A stretch of 64,000 nt of DNA, taken from NCBI RefSeq assembly GCF_036321535.1, contig NC_087436.1, forward strand, positions 113,834,001-113,898,000, written 5' to 3'. The notes beneath the pieces were generated by a model. The model ran no database searches and was not told the DNA's origin. It worked only from the letters and a program-made list of their open reading frames with translations. Numbering within the stretch: position 1 is the first letter of the stretch; each line of letters begins with the position of its first letter. This stretch comes from Camelus dromedarius (Eukaryota). This document shows positions 14,050-26,896 of the stretch, piece after piece. The position numbers were made by a program, and so were the translations under genes.

Positions 14050-14100
<51 letters not shown>
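14021..14100. repeat. Compound (TG)n(TA)n(GA)n microsatellite in the L1 inter-ORF region
   Basis: Read directly. Confidence 0.9.
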
Positions 14101-14101
<1 letters not shown>

Positions 14102-14274
14102 AGAAGACTTTATGATAACTACAACCCAAAATCCTATAGTACATACACAAAAAATAATGAGAAAAGAACCTAAACATAACACGAAAAAAATGACCAAATT
14201 ACAGACCAAGAGAAGAAGGGAACAGAGAAAAACTACCAAAAAAACCCAAAAACAATTAACAAAAAGCAATAAGT

Positions 14275-14870
14275 TCATGCTTATCAATAATCACTTTAAA
14301 TGCAAACAAACTAAATGCTCCAATCAGAAGACGTAGGGTAGCTGGATGGGTAAAAAAACAAGACCCATCCTTATGCTGCCCACAAGAGACACTTCAGAAC
14401 TGAAAGCACATGGACTGAAAGTGAAGGGGTGGAAACGGGTGTTCCATAAAAATGGAAATGAAAAGAAAATTTAAGTAGACAAATTAGATTTTCTAACAAA
14501 GACTGTAAGAAAAGACAAAGCAGAGCATCACATAATGATAAAGGGGTATATTCAAAGAAAGGATATAACATTTGTAAATATTTATGCACACAACATAAGA
14601 ACATCTAAATATATAAGGCACATATTAACAGATGTAAAGGGAAAAGTTGACAGTAATACAAAAATCATAGAGGACTTTAATACCACACATTAAAGGATTG
14701 ATCATCCTACAAAATATCAATAAGGGAGCAATAGCTTTAAATGACACATTTGATCAGATAAACTTAATAAATTTAAACAGAACATTCTACCCCCAAACCA
14801 CAGAATACACTTTTTTTTTTCAAATGCACATGGAACATTCCCTAGGATAGATAACATGTTAAGCCACATT
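14275..14870 (+). pseudogene. L1 ORF2 apurinic-like endonuclease domain remnant
   Basis: Motifs ITLN..LNAPI, KQDP.LCC.QET, gactttaatacc (DFNT), ggaacattccctaggatagataacatgttaagccac (GTFPRIDNMLSH); multiple frameshifts. Confidence 0.85.
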
Positions 14871-14959
14871 TCAATAAATGTAAGAGGAAAATGTCATCTC
14901 TCTCTCTATCTAACAATCATCTATCTATCATCTGTCTATTATCTATCTATTATCTATCT

Positions 14960-15492
14960 GTCTACTGTGGAGTATTATTTAGCCATGAGAAAGAAGGAAT
15001 TTATGCCACTCACTTGCATTAACATGAACAGAACTTGAGGGCATTATACTAAGTGAAATAAGTCAGACAGAATAAAGACAAATACTGTATGACCTCACTT
15101 ATATGTGAAATCTAAAAAAATAGACAAATAAACTCATAGAAACAGACAACACATTGGTGGTTGCCAGAGGTGGGGAGGAAGATGGGGGAAATGGGCGAAG
15201 GCGGTCCTAAGATACAGACTGTCAGTTATAAGATAAATAAGTTCTGGACATGTAATGTGTAGCACAGTGACTACAGTTAACAATACTGTACCGTATACTT
15301 GAAAGTTGCTAAGCAAGTAGAATTTAAAAGTTTCCACCACAAGAAAAATGTATTATGTGAGGTGACAGATGTTAACTAAACTTATTTTGGTGACCATCTT
15401 ACAATACATACATATATCAAATCATTATGTTGTACCTTGAAACTCATACAAGGTTATATGTTCATTATATATCAATAAAACTGTGGAAAAAT
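14960..15492 (+). mobile_element. L1MA9-like 3' end, right part of the interrupted L1
   Basis: gagggcattatactaagtgaaataagtcagacaga..caaatactgtatgacctcacttatatgtgaaatctaaaaaaa..cagttataagataaataagttctgg..tcaataaaactgtggaaaaa. Confidence 0.9.
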
Positions 15493-15982
15493 CAAAAGCT
15501 TAGCACTTTTGATGCTGTCATTTGCCTTACTGCCAGCAGCAATACTCCCCTCCACACCACCTTTATCTCCTGATCCTTTTTTGACAAAGCCCAAAGGTGT
15601 TGTCAGCAGGCTCAGGAAGGAAGCATCAGTGTTTATGCATAAATCAGGCTTATTATGCCTGTAGTTATCGAAACCCAACTCAAAGTACCTTACCAACAAA
15701 AGGGAAATTAGTCATGGGTATTGATCTGTCCTGTAGAATAGTCAAGCTGTCCAAAGGAGAAAGAAGCAGGTAGACCTAAGGAATATCCAGAATTGAGAGC
15801 TTAAATACCATTAGAGCTGCTTCTCCATCTCCCAGGCCTGCTGCGTATTCTCGCTGTGGTAGCTTCATTCTCCATCCCAAACAGGTCCATAGACAGCTCC
15901 CAAGCATTAAGGGTTTCATTATTCAATGGGAGAACACTGTGACTCTGAGCCTCAGATTCAAAATCACGGAAAAGAAGGGAAA

Positions 15983-16112
15983 GGGGGGAGACTATAGCTC
16001 AATGATAGAGTGTGTGCCTAACATGAACAAGGTCCTGGGTTCAATCCCCAGTACCTCCATAACAAATAAGTAAACCTAATTACCTCCCCCTACAACAACA
16101 ACAAAACACAAA
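15983..16112 (+). mobile_element. tRNA-derived SINE (camelid vic-1-like)
   Basis: ggggggagactatagctcaatgatagagtgtgtgcctaacatgaacaaggtcctgggttcaatccccagtacctccat..taaacctaattacctccccc plus CAA/A-rich tail; homologous to the 11784 copy. Confidence 0.85.
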
Positions 16113-16889
16113 CTAAGTGGGGAAGGACCCAATTTGTCTGGCTAGGTCCCCATGTCTCCCCTGCACCAGTAAACTGAGGCCAAGGAAATAAGGCAGAAAG
16201 GACCATTCCACAGGAGGGAGGAGGACTCACACAGATCACTAGATTCATCCCTCCCTTCCCCCAGCCAGCACCTCAGTATATCTGGAATCAGGTGAGGGGA
16301 AAATAGGAGGTGTATTTGGAAGAAAACGATTCTGAGTTGCAGAACATATTGAAGTCCCACATGCCACAAAACTCATTTCTTTTTCCCTATATTTTTTCTG
16401 CCAATGTTTTTGGCTCATGACAACCCAAATTCACTAGCATTTTTGCCTGGTAAATAATTTAAAGTGACAGATATATTTCTACTTTATGTTCATAAAATTA
16501 TCATTTAATCAAGAGTCACCTGGTTGGGGCATATCTAGGAGAAGTTAAATGTGCAGATCCAGGGTAAGACACAAGGTCGAGCTGTCAGAATTACACAGTT
16601 GTCATGTCACAAAAACAGGGGATTTCTGTACTTATGACATTTCATTTAGCTATAATTTAAAAAATCTGCATAAAAGGCACCTCAAGAGGTATCTCAAAAT
16701 GGTATTTTCAACATGTATTCTTTCTAATTCTTAGGTTAGTCATTCTGGGTTACTTGTTAAGAATGAAGATTTCAGACCCACTGGACCAGGGTGTTTATGA
16801 GTAGTGTCTGGATCCTGGAGTTTAACAAACAGCTCATATGGTTTTTACAAAATTTAGCATCCTTGGTCTTACACAGTAACTGCTACAAA

Positions 16890-17472
16890 TATGTGCTCGT
16901 GGCACACATCCTTTCCTGGTGATGGCTTACATTGGTACAACTTTTCTTGGAAGCAACTTTACTATATGCATCAAGATCCTTAAAATGTTCATAACCTTTG
17001 TACTTGTAATTTTACTTCTGGGAATCTTTCCTGAGAAAATATTGTGAAATATAGAAAGAAAAATCACTAAGTAGAGAGAATAGTCATTACTTTATATTAT
17101 GGGGAGAAAAAAATAGAGACCATAAAGATGAGAATAGTTATATCAAATTTGGTCAATCTACTTCAATATAATACTGTTGACACATTAAAATTGATGTATA
17201 TGAAGAGTACACAGTAATTTCACAAATAGCTTAAATTGTGATATTAAATGAGAAAAAAACACACAAGAATAGTTACAATTATGTATACCAAAGTTAAAAG
17301 TAATATTATATTTGGGAAAAGACCAGAAGGAAATATATTGAAATGATAATAGTGGTTCATTGGATTATGAACAATTTTTTTACTTCTCTCAGCTTTTCTT
17401 TCTTTTCAACATGTTACTACAATAAACATATGCTACTTTGTCACTCTGATATTTATCATCATTCAATAAAAG
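16890..17472 (+). mobile_element. Old L1 (L1ME-like) 3' fragment
   Basis: attggtacaacttttcttggaagcaacttt..ccttaaaatgttcataacctttg..aattttacttctgggaatctttcctgagaaaat. Confidence 0.6.
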
Positions 17473-18594
17473 TTAAAATGTTATTTTTACTAAGTTCAAT
17501 GAAATTCTTAACACTCAGAATTTTGAAAAAAAGATGTCCCCACCTCCTGTCTGTTTCTGAATATATGGGTGTTATGAAACCGCAGCCCTGTTGACTGGCT
17601 CCTGTGGTAAACCCTTCCTTACCTTCTGCTTCATTTTCTGTGCCTGGGTGCCTACATACCCTTGTCTGGATACCTTTCCTTGCTCTTACTCCTCTTCCTT
17701 ATTGTTGCAATCCTGCCTCAGCATCCTGAGAGAGAAAGCTGAGACGTCCCAATACCTTCTCTCAAGTTACTCACAGTGAGCTCCTTCGCGCTTGTATCTC
17801 TGCCCACGCAGTTCACAACTTTCTCCTGTACCCAATTATTTCAGATCTGTTCAGAACAATATAGACATTCCTTCCAATGTAGAACACCACTGGAGAACTA
17901 GGAAAACTTGGAATGAGTGTTTTAATTGTGTTTCTTTTTACAAATTTCTCTAGGTATAATCTTTGAGGTTATTTTTGCCCTTCATTTCTTCTTTATACCC
18001 CATATCATATTTCCTATTTAATATAGTAGATTCTTTCTTTGCAGCCCCTGATCCAGTGAGTTTTCATCATAGTCCTTCTTACATCCTACAAGTTTGTATA
18101 TTTTTAAATTTCATGTTGCATTAGGTTGAGTCTTTTATATCAATTTATCATTGATTCCTGCAAAGGACCTGTCTTGTAGGCATTTTTGTATGTATGTATT
18201 ATATTGAATCCCTATCCCCCTTTCTTATTTCCCTCCTCTTCCAAAAACAACTATTCTACTATTTTTGATTTCTTGCATATAGTCTTGTAGAATATGGAGT
18301 CTTTCATTGTGAATATTTAACTTATATTATATGACATTATGCTATAGACTTTGATGTCTTCTTTTCCCACTCAACATTAAATTGTGAAGGGGTAACCAGG
18401 TAAACACATCTGGCCTGCAGCTGTTAACTGCTATACAGTTTTCTGTGACACACAGCTTACACATTGTAATTACCGTTCCTCCAAGCATTAACACCTACAC
18501 TGACTCCAATCCCAACGGCTATATATTTTTAAAATACCTGTGATAAGATATCTATGCTGCAATTATTTTCTTTAACTTCAGTAGGAGTAGAAGC

Positions 18595-18617
18595 AAAAAA
18601 AAAAAAAAAAAAAAAAA
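18595..18617 (+). repeat. Poly(A)23 run
   Basis: Read directly. Confidence 0.95.
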
Positions 18618-21125
18618 GTCACCTAAAAATGGCAAGCAGTTTCTGTCCTCTAATTGGAGATAAATTAAGTTGAACTTTGGATCAGATGTTTTCTTTGTTC
18701 TGGGGAGAAGAAAAGGGACATTTTTCCTTTTGCTTAAAGATAGTTGAAAAATTCTTACTTTTTGGGATGGGGAGTTATAGGAGAGATACTGAGGTCAAAA
18801 ATTAACCTGCTTGTCCCAGAATCAGAGGGTATGTCCTTGCCCATCATATAGTTTGGTTATCTTTTTCAGCAGAACATGGACTTTGGAGACCACGTTGCTT
18901 CTTTGGACCAAAAGGTTATCTTTTTCTTGGTGATTTTAGATTAACCTAAATTTATATATATATGTGTGTATATAATATATACACACATACACACACATAT
19001 ACATATATACTATATACAATTTTTTTTCCTTATGAACTGTATTTGTTCTTTTTCCTTGAGGGATTGTTTATAGTAAATGTAGAGCTGAGATTGTGAAGAT
19101 GGCTGAAAGGCTTGTAAGTGTGTACTTCATTCACTCATTCAGCATAAAATTACTGAGATTTACTACGTTCTGTGCACTAGCATAAGCAATGTGCCATTGC
19201 AAGTAATAAAGCAAAGCTCTAGTTTTCATGAATTGTGTAGTTCCCATCTGTCCTGAAAGAGTGACTAGGAAAAAACAGTGCAACTCTTGGTGCTCCTTAA
19301 ATATACTTAGCCATTGATTTTCCATATCTGGTATTATTAAAGCCATTAATTATAAATATGCTAATATCTTGGGAGGGAGAAATATCACATTACATAAGCA
19401 GATCAGCAGAAATAAATATATTTGGGAGAAATGTTATCCTAAAGCAAGAAATTGTATGTAAGAATAAATATCTGTTGGTATAATTAAAATGTATCTACTA
19501 CTTTCCCTGGAAAATAATTTTAGAAAGAGAAAAAAAATTAAAATAAAACATCTTCAAAAATGCAAGAGGAGAGAAAGCCATACAACAAATCATAAAATAT
19601 AAAGAATGTCTGAAATTAAGTATTTTAACATTAGGACAATGAGAGCTTCTTCAAATTTCCGGCTCTTTAAAAAGATTGCCAGTGTTGAAAGGCACTTCCA
19701 GTGATCTTTTAATGATGAAAGTATATGAGAGAGCTGGATAGACAGAAGAGAATGTATCCTCACAGAGACCACAGACCAGCTTGGGAGATGGACGGAAGGA
19801 GGAACAACGAAGGCATGCCAACTTTATTATCAGTAACATTAGTGAAGCAGCCACCTGGGGCAATCCTGAAGAGGGAAGAAAAGCAGGTAACAACATAGAG
19901 AACCTGAGATTTCTAGAACTTTACTGTGAGCCCTAAAACTCCTTGAATAATCAAACTAGGTGAATATATGTCCTCAGGCCAGAGGACATTGATTGAAGAA
20001 TGATTGAGACCATTAATCAAAATGTAAGGTGCTGACTTTCTCTGCTCTTTGCCTTCTGCTAGCTTTCCTGCTTGCTGGGAGCCAATAACTGACTCAGAAG
20101 AAACTATTCTCTCCAAGTTTTAAATACATGTAATAGAAAAGAATTGTCTCAGGGCTTATGCATAGACTTTGAAATTAGAATAATAATGAAGTTGTTGAAA
20201 GAAATATAAGCAAAATAAAACAGCTAAACTCTATCAGAATTATCTTTGAAAACGACAAAGAATCAGATACCAGAATCAATTGAAAACATAGCCTTTCTGA
20301 AAAAAGGAAATGCTCAAAGGATGCGTCTTAGAGATCAAAGGAAAAATAAATTGATAATGCTACAGAAGGAGGTTAAAAAGTGATAATAGATCAGAAAAAG
20401 AATAATAATGGAAGAGAAAAATAAAACCACAGTGGATTTGAAATTAATATTTGAAATAATAACTGAAACACCAAAAATATTAAATAAACCTGACTAAAAG
20501 CATGGCCAGGGACAGGAGGATAATTGTGAGAAAAAAAAAAAATCACACTCAGAAAATAGAAAAAAATAATGTAAAGTTTGTATTATCTGTTGGAATATAA
20601 AATCAATGTTGAAGTGTGTTTTACTTTGACAATGTCTTTTAACTAAAGAATAATTCAGAATGACCCGTTGAGTTTTACTATGATTGTATCATCAGACCCA
20701 AAGAACAAAGCCTACAAAGGTGGATGGAATTTTTCATGAAGGTAATTGACATTAATCCTAAGAAACTGTGTATTCTGAGTCAAGAAATTAGGACTAGAGA
20801 AGATGATCTTAGAACAGCATGAGTTAGTAGGATTCCCTTTATTCACTGTGGCCTCGTAGACTCGAGTCAGAATCAGAATTTATTGGAACCAACCTGCTAG
20901 TGGATGCCTTTTCCAGGGAAAGATAAGAAGACAGTGGGCTACCAGGATCCTATAGAGTCAGCCTTTAAGGACCAGTAACATCAAGCTGTAGTTTTAAGTA
21001 ATTTTCTGTATTTCCTTTCTTTATCTATCTCTTATTTTTAATTTCAACCTTCATTGAAATCTTGCTGTAAAGTCATTTCCAGAGTTTCACAGTAGGAACT
21101 TAAGAGCAAAGGCAAGTTCCATAAC

Positions 21126-21510
21126 TGTTACAGGCTGAACTGGGCCCCACCCCTCAAATTAAGATATAGAAATCTCAAACCCCAGAACCTCAGAATGTGA
21201 CTGTGTCTGGAGATCATGCCTTTAAAGAAGTGATTAAGTTAAAATGAGGTCATATGGGTGGACCCTAATCCAATATGTCTGGTGTCCTTACAAGAAGAGA
21301 TTAGGACACATACAAGCACAGAAGGAAGACCATGTAAGGATACAAGGAGAAGATGGCCATCTACAAGGAGAGAGACCTCAGAAGAAGCCAACCCTGATGA
21401 TACTTTGATCTTGGACGTCTAGCTCCCAGAACCACAAGAAAATAAATTTTTGTTTCATAAGCCATCCAATCTATGGTATTTTGTTATGGAAGCCCTAGCA
21501 AATTAATACA
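21126..21510 (+). mobile_element. MLT1B-like MaLR solo LTR, full length with 5-bp TSD
   Basis: TG..CA termini (tgttacaggctgaactg..gcaaattaataca); internal cctcagaatgtgactgt, gattaagttaaaatgaggtcat, aataaattt; TSD ATAAC at 21121-21125 and 21511-21515. Confidence 0.93.
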
Positions 21511-21557
21511 ATAACCAAAAATACAGCTGTAGTAGTCATAGTGATAGTTCTAGTAGA

Positions 21558-21717
21558 AACATTTATTGAGTATTTACTACATTCCAAGTAATGTCCTAAG
21601 CACTTGCATCTGTTAATTCAGTTAATCTTTACCACAACTCTAAGAGGATTAAATGAGTTAATACTTGCAGAGTGCTTGGGAAAGTACCTGCATAGAATAA
21701 GTGCTTTAAAAAATGTT
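21558..21717. mobile_element. Two opposed MIR 3'-end fragments
   Basis: aacatttattgagtatttacta..aagcactt..ttaattcagttaatctt (antisense) then gaggattaaatgagttaatacttgcagagtgctt..aagtgctttaaaaaatgtt (sense). Confidence 0.75.
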
Positions 21718-22268
21718 ATCTATTGATTTTTTTTAATACTTTAGAGTTGAGGAGGCAGAGGTCCAGGGAGATTACATAATTTCTGTACATTTTTGAAAAT
21801 GCAGATGTTAGCACTCTTATCCATACCTCCAGGGCCAGGTTGGGATAAAGCAGTGACCACCAGGGCAAGACAACTGTGTTCAGCAGGACAGAAGTCCCAT
21901 GATAGACATCAACAGTGGACGCTGAAGTGTGATAAAATGATACTGGGACCTTTACAGAAAACTGTAAAGGGCCATCCTGTGTTAGGAGAGGGTTTGGAAG
22001 GGTGATGAAGATTTGCAAATTAAACTCATCTTCACAAACCTACACCAATTCTCAGTTGAGCTCAAAATTTTGAGTAATCTACTTAACTTCCTTAATGTCT
22101 CTCAGTTAGCAGACAGATTATTTCTTTCCACATTAAGTCAGTGGTACCACTAGCCCAGAATCCATGATCTAGTAACACTTTTTGAGGTTACTCCTCACTC
22201 TTTAAGCAGTTAGAAGGTAGGCTTCCAGGCTGAGAGGTAGACAAAGGATTACAAACTGCCAGTGTGTA

Positions 22269-22270
<2 letters not shown>

Positions 22271-22306
<36 letters not shown>
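22271..22306. repeat. (TG)18 microsatellite
   Basis: Read directly. Confidence 0.97.
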
Positions 22307-22310
<4 letters not shown>

Positions 22311-24669
22311 AATTTCAACTAAGAGCATGGCCATCTGCTGAAGTGGGCTTCCTGCTTTGCTTTCAGTGGAACTGACTTCTTTGGCTTTTCTGAGCTTCTC
22401 AGGCTATTAGCTTCAGGAAATTTCACATCATCTGACATTTCTATCTCAGAAATATGTGTTACACAGAGGAGGCCAACCTGTCTCTCTCCTCTCGTACTGG
22501 GATACTCACAACACAGGAAAATACAGGAACAGAGAAGGGTTCAATTAACAGAGACAAGGCATGACGAACCTGTCAAGCTCAACACCGCATTCAGCCCATT
22601 CCTTTTTGGACTGAGTGTAGCGTTCTGATCTCCCACACTCTGAAAGTAGATGCCTGAGTGTGTGTGGGGAGATGTTTCCTCATTCTAGGAGCATCTTCCT
22701 TACCCCTGTGAGCTACCACCTGTTCCTAGCAGATGTCACCATCATTAATCTATCAACACTTGCCAATTTATTCTTTATACACTCAGCACTCCTAGCAGGA
22801 AAACAATATGGTTTCTCCTGTGGCTACTCTTCTTCCTGCCTGAGACAACTGCCATTTTGAAGTTTCCCTTGAACTACCCATGTGTCTTCCTCCTCTCACT
22901 GCTTGGGTACTTAGTTATGTATATCTCAGCAGTGGGGCTACCACTTGGGCAGGAGAGACAGGGTGGGGTCGGACAGTGTGGCTATTGGAGGAGGGTCAGT
23001 GGAGTGACTGCTCCCTCAGGCCACTGATGACCTCTTTTATCTTCAGGAATAAACATGGATCTGTGTGTGTGTGTAAGTATGTGTGGAGGAGGATAGCCTG
23101 GAGACATCCATGGAACCTGGCCCACCCTTGTCGTTTGTGATCTACTGAACTAACCCAACACAGAACCAGTCTTACCTGTATTTAACATTATTTGAGATAA
23201 TGTGTAAGCTTGTCGCTAAATCAAAATTCAATTTTCCATTTCTTGCAGCCAAAAGCATCTGGGCTATTCCATTCTGCCTCTGGAAGCCCCTGTGAGACTC
23301 TTTCCAGGTCTCCTGTATACACTGAAGTAGGGGCTCTTCAGCTTTTTATGTCTTGATTCCCTTTTGAACTATAGGTTTTTTTGGGGAGGGGGGCTCTTTC
23401 CAAGAATAGTTTTTTGTTTTTTCTTTTGTACTGCATGAAATACAATACAAAGAATTACAAGTGAAATTAATCATTAGATTCCAGTTATCAAAAAACTAAA
23501 AACAACAAAAGTGTGACATAGTAAGGTATGTCTTTATTAATATATTGAAGAACACAATCTGTTAGTAGAGTTAGTAACTCCTGCAATGTAGCAGTAGTGC
23601 TATTTGACAGTTTTAATTTAATGTGATGAAAAGTTATATGATTTCTACTAGTGACCAGGCCACAGCTCTTCTTATTCTGTTGTGGTTTGTGGTCTTTAGG
23701 GTTTCTTGAACCCCAGGGTAAGGTCCCTGAGTTAAGGAGAAGATAGGGGTGTTCAAGTCCCTGAACTCCAAAGGCTCCTGCAGCTGGTCTCTGCTCCAGA
23801 AGGCCTTGGCCTTGAACCCTCCTCCAAGGCAGCTCCAGAGGCTTGTCTTATCTTGTCTGCTTTTTTTTTTTTTATTATTATTATTTGCCCTGAATCTTCC
23901 TGCAGATGAACATTCTCTCATTTATCCCTGAGGCCCACTGTGATCCCTTCCTGTGCTCCCTTGAAGTCCCAGAAGGAAATCACACACACAGACCCAGACA
24001 CACATTCTCCCCACTCCAGTGTCCCCAGCCTCCTTTTGTGTCCCAGCCTCTGCTCTGGGCCATTGAGCTTGTACCTGGTGAAGTGATTATTTAGACACTT
24101 GAGTTGGAAGCCTTTGAGCCCTGTTCCTGTTTGTTTGAAAAGCATTTGAGGAGGGAGGACATAAATGTTTCCCCTTTGGAGTTTTCTTCTTTAATATTCA
24201 AATCAAGGACTCGGACGCAAGTATCAGCTAAGCGTCACTAAATACCAGGAGTCTTGTGTTCACCCACCTCCTTCTTCTGACTTGACTCTCCCCCATCCTC
24301 TTTCAGCTGGTTTCCGGGTTATTCAACTTGAAAAGTAAGCCAGATCAAATCAAAACTTGCAGAGGCTATGCAAGGAAATGTACAATTCTGTTAACAGGAT
24401 GAGATACGAGATACGTAGAGTGGGATAAAGGGTGGCTTTTGTTTTCTTCTCAGCTTTTTCCTTGTGTTTTTAAACGCAATACTACAAGGATGCATTGCAT
24501 CTATAATGTGAAAAAAAAGTTTTAAGACAACATACATAAGATACCAAAAACATGTAATTCAGATAGGAAGGGCCAGCTGTACCTACAACCCAGGAAAGTT
24601 CCCTCAGCACTTTTATTTTCCCTTTCAGGGTCTTTTCACATAGATAATGAGCAGCTACATACAAGTTCT

Positions 24670-24830
24670 CATAATTTACAAAGTATTGTCACAGCCATTG
24701 CCTCCTTTGGCACTCAACAATTCAATGGGATTGATAGACCAGGCCATTTTATTTCACTCCCAATTTACAAATGAGAAACTAAGGCTCAGGGTGGTTTAAA
24801 TGACTTGATGTCTGATGAAGGTCACAATTT
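24670..24830 (-). mobile_element. MIR SINE
   Basis: cccaatttacaaatgagaaactaaggctcagggtggtttaaatgacttg..aaggtcaca. Confidence 0.7.
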
Positions 24831-25044
24831 GGAATGGAGAGGGCAAAACAGAGTGTTACAGGTGTATCAATGAAACACAGGAAGTGGGCACAGAGAGGGG
24901 CTCTGGACACTGCAAGCGAGGAGGGCAGGGAACGGGTAGCAACATCCCCTTCCTCTTGGATATCCCTGATGCACTGGTCCCTCCCATGTCTGCCCCATAC
25001 AGCTATGCAGTCATCCTATTTCCTCTTTTTTTTCCTTTCTAAAA

Positions 25045-25202
25045 ATTTTTTAATTTGAAATATATTTTTTGCTGTTCCCTGTCATATAACATTGCATAAA
25101 TGTAAGGTGTACAACAGGTTGATTTGACACATTTATATATTGTAATATGTTGGCTATTGCGGCAATAGTTAGCACTTCTGCCACATCACATAATTATCAT
25201 CT
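25045..25202 (-). mobile_element. Short L1 3'-end fragment
   Basis: catataacattgcataaatgtaaggtgtacaacaggttgatttgacacatttatatattgtaatatg..catcacataattatcat. Confidence 0.7.
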
Positions 25203-26413
25203 CTTGGGAGCCAGTGGTGGAGTAACAGAAGAGATGTTGTTTAAAGCTGTTCTCCCGCTTTGAGATGAAGAATTGGAGAGCTCAGAGGGATGAAGCTGCT
25301 TGCCCGTACTCAGAAGTTAGAGATGGGATTCCAACACAGGTGTGCCTGTCCAAACCATTTCACCGACTGCCTCTCGGAGAAAGACCAGGATGTGATGTAA
25401 CCCTGTGTTGCGCTGGATTCCACACTGGACTACGGGGGACTCAGGATAGCAGATATAGTCTCATTAGCTTCAGACCCTCAGTGCCAGTAAAGTGTCTGGT
25501 TCAGGAATTTAACTTATAAGAGAACCAAAAGAAAAGGGATTTGCTGCTTTAGAGATCCTGGAGCCCCAGCTGCTGAATCCTTTGGGCCTCCAGAACAAAG
25601 GAAGACATAGGCTGATCCATGCTCCACTTTTCTGCATTTGCCACGGTGTGAGCTGCAACCTTGCCACTTTTAATCAGGCATTTGTTATCCAGTAAACCCA
25701 GGTACAAACTACCAGATGCAACATGTGTGGAGATCGGCAGGGTGGGAGGGGGAGTCTGGTATCAGGGGCTCCTGTAAGAAATCCCACCTCCGCCTCTCCC
25801 CACCATCACCAGCCCCAGGCAAGGGCGCAGGAGCTGAGGACTGCCTTAGCAAAAGCAAAAGGTTTAAATCTGTGTTTCAGCAATGGATTTTGTGCAAAGT
25901 GGCTGCTAGTCTGTGGATTATGCTGTTCGCTGACCTTTCTGGGATGGAGCATTCTTCACAGCTGTCATTGTGTCAATGCACAAGCCCAGAAATACCATTA
26001 GGGGAGACATCTTGGCTGGGTGTCTGTGCTAAGCCTGGAGGAGGGGTCTGTACTGAGGATGCATGACCAGAAACTCAATAACTGGAACTATAGCCAAATA
26101 TGGATGCTGATCCAGAGACAGGGAGATGAGGCCAGGATGCACGGATGCTTTCCTTTCTTCTGATCCTCACTAATTTGCATTGCAATCATCCATTTCCATG
26201 TCTGTCACCCTCACTAGTCTGCACATTTCCTCAAGGTCAGGAGCCTGTACATTTACCCCTTTCCCCTAGTATAGTGCCTGGTGCATAGTAGAAATTCTGT
26301 AAACTTTTGCAGAAGTAAAAGGGCTTAAAAATCAACTCACCCATCTATATTCAAGATCTCCCTAAATCAGAGCCTAAGACAATGATTTAGGTTCAAGATG
26401 TTGATGTGGGACA

Positions 26414-26453
26414 TATATTAGTCTTAATTTTCCAGAGAAACAGAACCAATAGT

Positions 26454-26505
<52 letters not shown>

Positions 26506-26896
26506 TTTATGTAAGGGAATGGGGCTTAGCTTATGTGATTAGGGAGACTGAGAAATCCAAGATCTGCAGCCAGCTAGCTGGAGAACCAGGAGAATTGATG
26601 GTGTAAGTTCCAATTTGAAACCAAGTCCAAAGGTAGAGAACACTAATGTATCTACCTGAAGACAGTCAGAGAGAGAGAGAAGTTTTTCTTACTTAGCCTT
26701 TGTTTTAACTCAAGCTTTCAGCAGATTGGGTGAGCCCCCCCCCCCATCAGGGAGGAAAATCTGCTTTAATCAATCTACTGATTCAAATATTATTCTCATT
26801 TAGAATCCCTCACAGATACATCCAGAAATAATGATTAACCAAATATCTGGGTACCCTGTGGCCCAGTCAAGTTGACAAATAAAATTAACCATCACA
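26414..26896 (-). mobile_element. MLT2 (ERVL) solo LTR
   Basis: tatattagtc..ccagagaaacagaaccaatag..ggcccagtcaagttgacaaataaaattaaccatcaca (reverse of the MLT2 5' end). Confidence 0.9.
26455..26502. repeat. (AGAT)12 tetranucleotide microsatellite within MLT2
   Basis: Read directly. Confidence 0.97.

Larger units (their letters stand above)
12511..14886 (+). mobile_element. 3'-truncated L1: 5' UTR, ORF1 remnant, spacer and ORF2 endonuclease remnant
   Basis: 5' end gaggttccagttcc..ctgaactcacctcttcctatggacacattgaatctaca; ORF1 coiled-coil peptide MVIKELTELRRRMKEHNESFSKELESVRKNQSELTNTITEIKK; EN peptide LSIITLNANKLNAPIRRRRVAGWVKKQDPSLCCPQET. Confidence 0.9.

Noticed and set aside
25716..26066. 116-aa and overlapping 92-aa ORFs
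   Set aside because: No homology recognised; consistent with chance ORFs in a slightly GC-richer patch
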